From: Mustelus asterias
Taxonomy: Eukaryota
Direction of reading: 5' to 3'
Length of the DNA stretch: 64,000 nucleotides
NCBI RefSeq assembly: GCF_964213995.1
Contig: NC_135808.1
Coordinates: 41,540,001 to 41,604,000 of the forward strand
Position numbers and translations under genes: made by a program. The number at the start of each line of letters is the position of its first letter. Position 1 is the stretch's first letter. This document shows, in pieces, positions 62,700-64,000 of this stretch. A model generated the notes under the pieces. It was not told the DNA's origin and made no database searches. It worked only from the letters and a program-made list of their open reading frames with translations.

Positions 62700-64000
62700 T
62701 GTAGTACCTGTTAATTCTCAGATACTTTCGACCAGTTTGCTTACTCCAAGGTTTTACCCCGGTGTCCTTATTTGCAAGGTGGACAAAGGACAAACACAAG
62801 TAAAAGGTTCAACAAGTTTATTAATAATAACACTATTAACCCTTAAATTACCCACATAAAACAAGAGAATACCCCAGATTCAAGTATACTACCCGCAAAG
62901 ATGGTTTGGTTAAACTGCAGGCCCGATTCTCTGAGTCCCTCTGGTCCGTCGTCACGAAGGTGAGTCTCGATGGCAGCTTCTTCCTTCCTTCCTTCCCTGG
63001 TCAGTCTTCCGGATGGTCAAGGCCGCCTCCCTCGTCGAGTCTTTGCTGCTGTTGTGTCTGAAAATGTGTTCCTTTATCCCCCTGCCTGCTTGCCTTTCCA
63101 GAAACTTCTCTGGCTTCCGGCCAATGAGGTCCCAGGAGGGGGTTCCAATACCCAGTGGGATTCTTGATGTCTGCCTGACAGGACACCAGGGTCCGCCCCC
63201 AGGTGTCCATCTCCACGTTGTTGCTTACATGTAACTGCAGGAACTCTCGGTGACAGAAAGTCTGGCCTGATCTGGGCTTCTAACAAGAGGTCAGTGCATT
63301 TCAATGGTGTGCAGTGATCTCCTGCTGAGTATCAGTAGATTGTAACGACCTTTGATGGGTGGTTGATGAGTCAGGCCCAGACATGTTTGTGTATTTGGAC
63401 AATTGGCCTGCCCGAGGTTTGACTGTGTTTGATTTTAATATGCCCAATTCTTTAATTTAGGATATCCAATTTTATCAGCCTTAAAACTAGGCCCTGTTTA
63501 TATCACCACATTCCCTCCTCTTGATCCAATGAGCGTCAGTGAATCGGATCACACAAATCTTACCAAACCATCTCAACAAGCAAGTACCCCGAACCCGGGT
63601 TTGCTAGTACCATCCCTAACCCACAATAGTAAACAAATTTAAATGAAGTAAAATAATTTTAAAGAAGCAATAAAGAAACAATACATCAATCGGGTAAATA
63701 CAAAACAAAGCAATAAACAGTACAAAATGACAAGTGACTATATATATAAAATATAGATGGGAGAGTATCAAGGTTCTTGATTGTAGAGCCTCTCCCGATG
63801 TCGGATGGCCCTTGCCGAGTCCAAGTTTTTGCAGCTGTGTAGAAATAAGCAACTTTGTCTTCTCTGAATCATAGAAACCCTACAGTGCAGAAAGAGGCCA
63901 TTTGGCCCATCGAGTCTGCACCGACCACAATCCCACCCAGGCCCTACCCCATATCCACCCACTAATCCCTCTAACATACGCATCTCAGGACACTAGGGAG
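62700..64000 (-). mobile_element. 3' LTR (62700-63510) and adjacent internal sequence of a third LTR element, continuing out of the window
   Basis: Minus strand shows PPT AAGAGGAGGGAA followed by TGTGGTG...ACTACA with AATAAA near the end; it interrupts a CR1 fragment at 62700. The partner LTR is not in the window. Confidence 0.55.

Overview
Repeat-dense vertebrate DNA, almost certainly from a shark (HE1-type SINEs, CR1 LINEs, shark-style MHC class I). The only host gene is a minus-strand MHC class I heavy-chain gene (UAA-like) with seven coding exons between 43624 and 61319. It keeps all classical peptide-anchor residues and a well-spaced ISRE-S-X-Y promoter, but carries a 2-nt frameshift in the alpha1 exon. 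The rest is nested mobile DNA: two full-length Ty3/Gypsy LTR elements of different families, a solo LTR, six Penelope-like (GIY-YIG) insertions (five with hammerhead-ribozyme cores), CR1, Rex1 and RTE LINE remnants, SINEs, MITEs and several minisatellites. The best candidate for an undescribed system is the Gypsy lineage. Both families lack a tRNA primer-binding site. In its place each has a 14-15 nt sequence perfectly complementary to its own LTR poly(A)-signal region, with compensatory changes between families, and both have a YLDN reverse-transcriptase active site. All calls were made by eye; no database searches were run.
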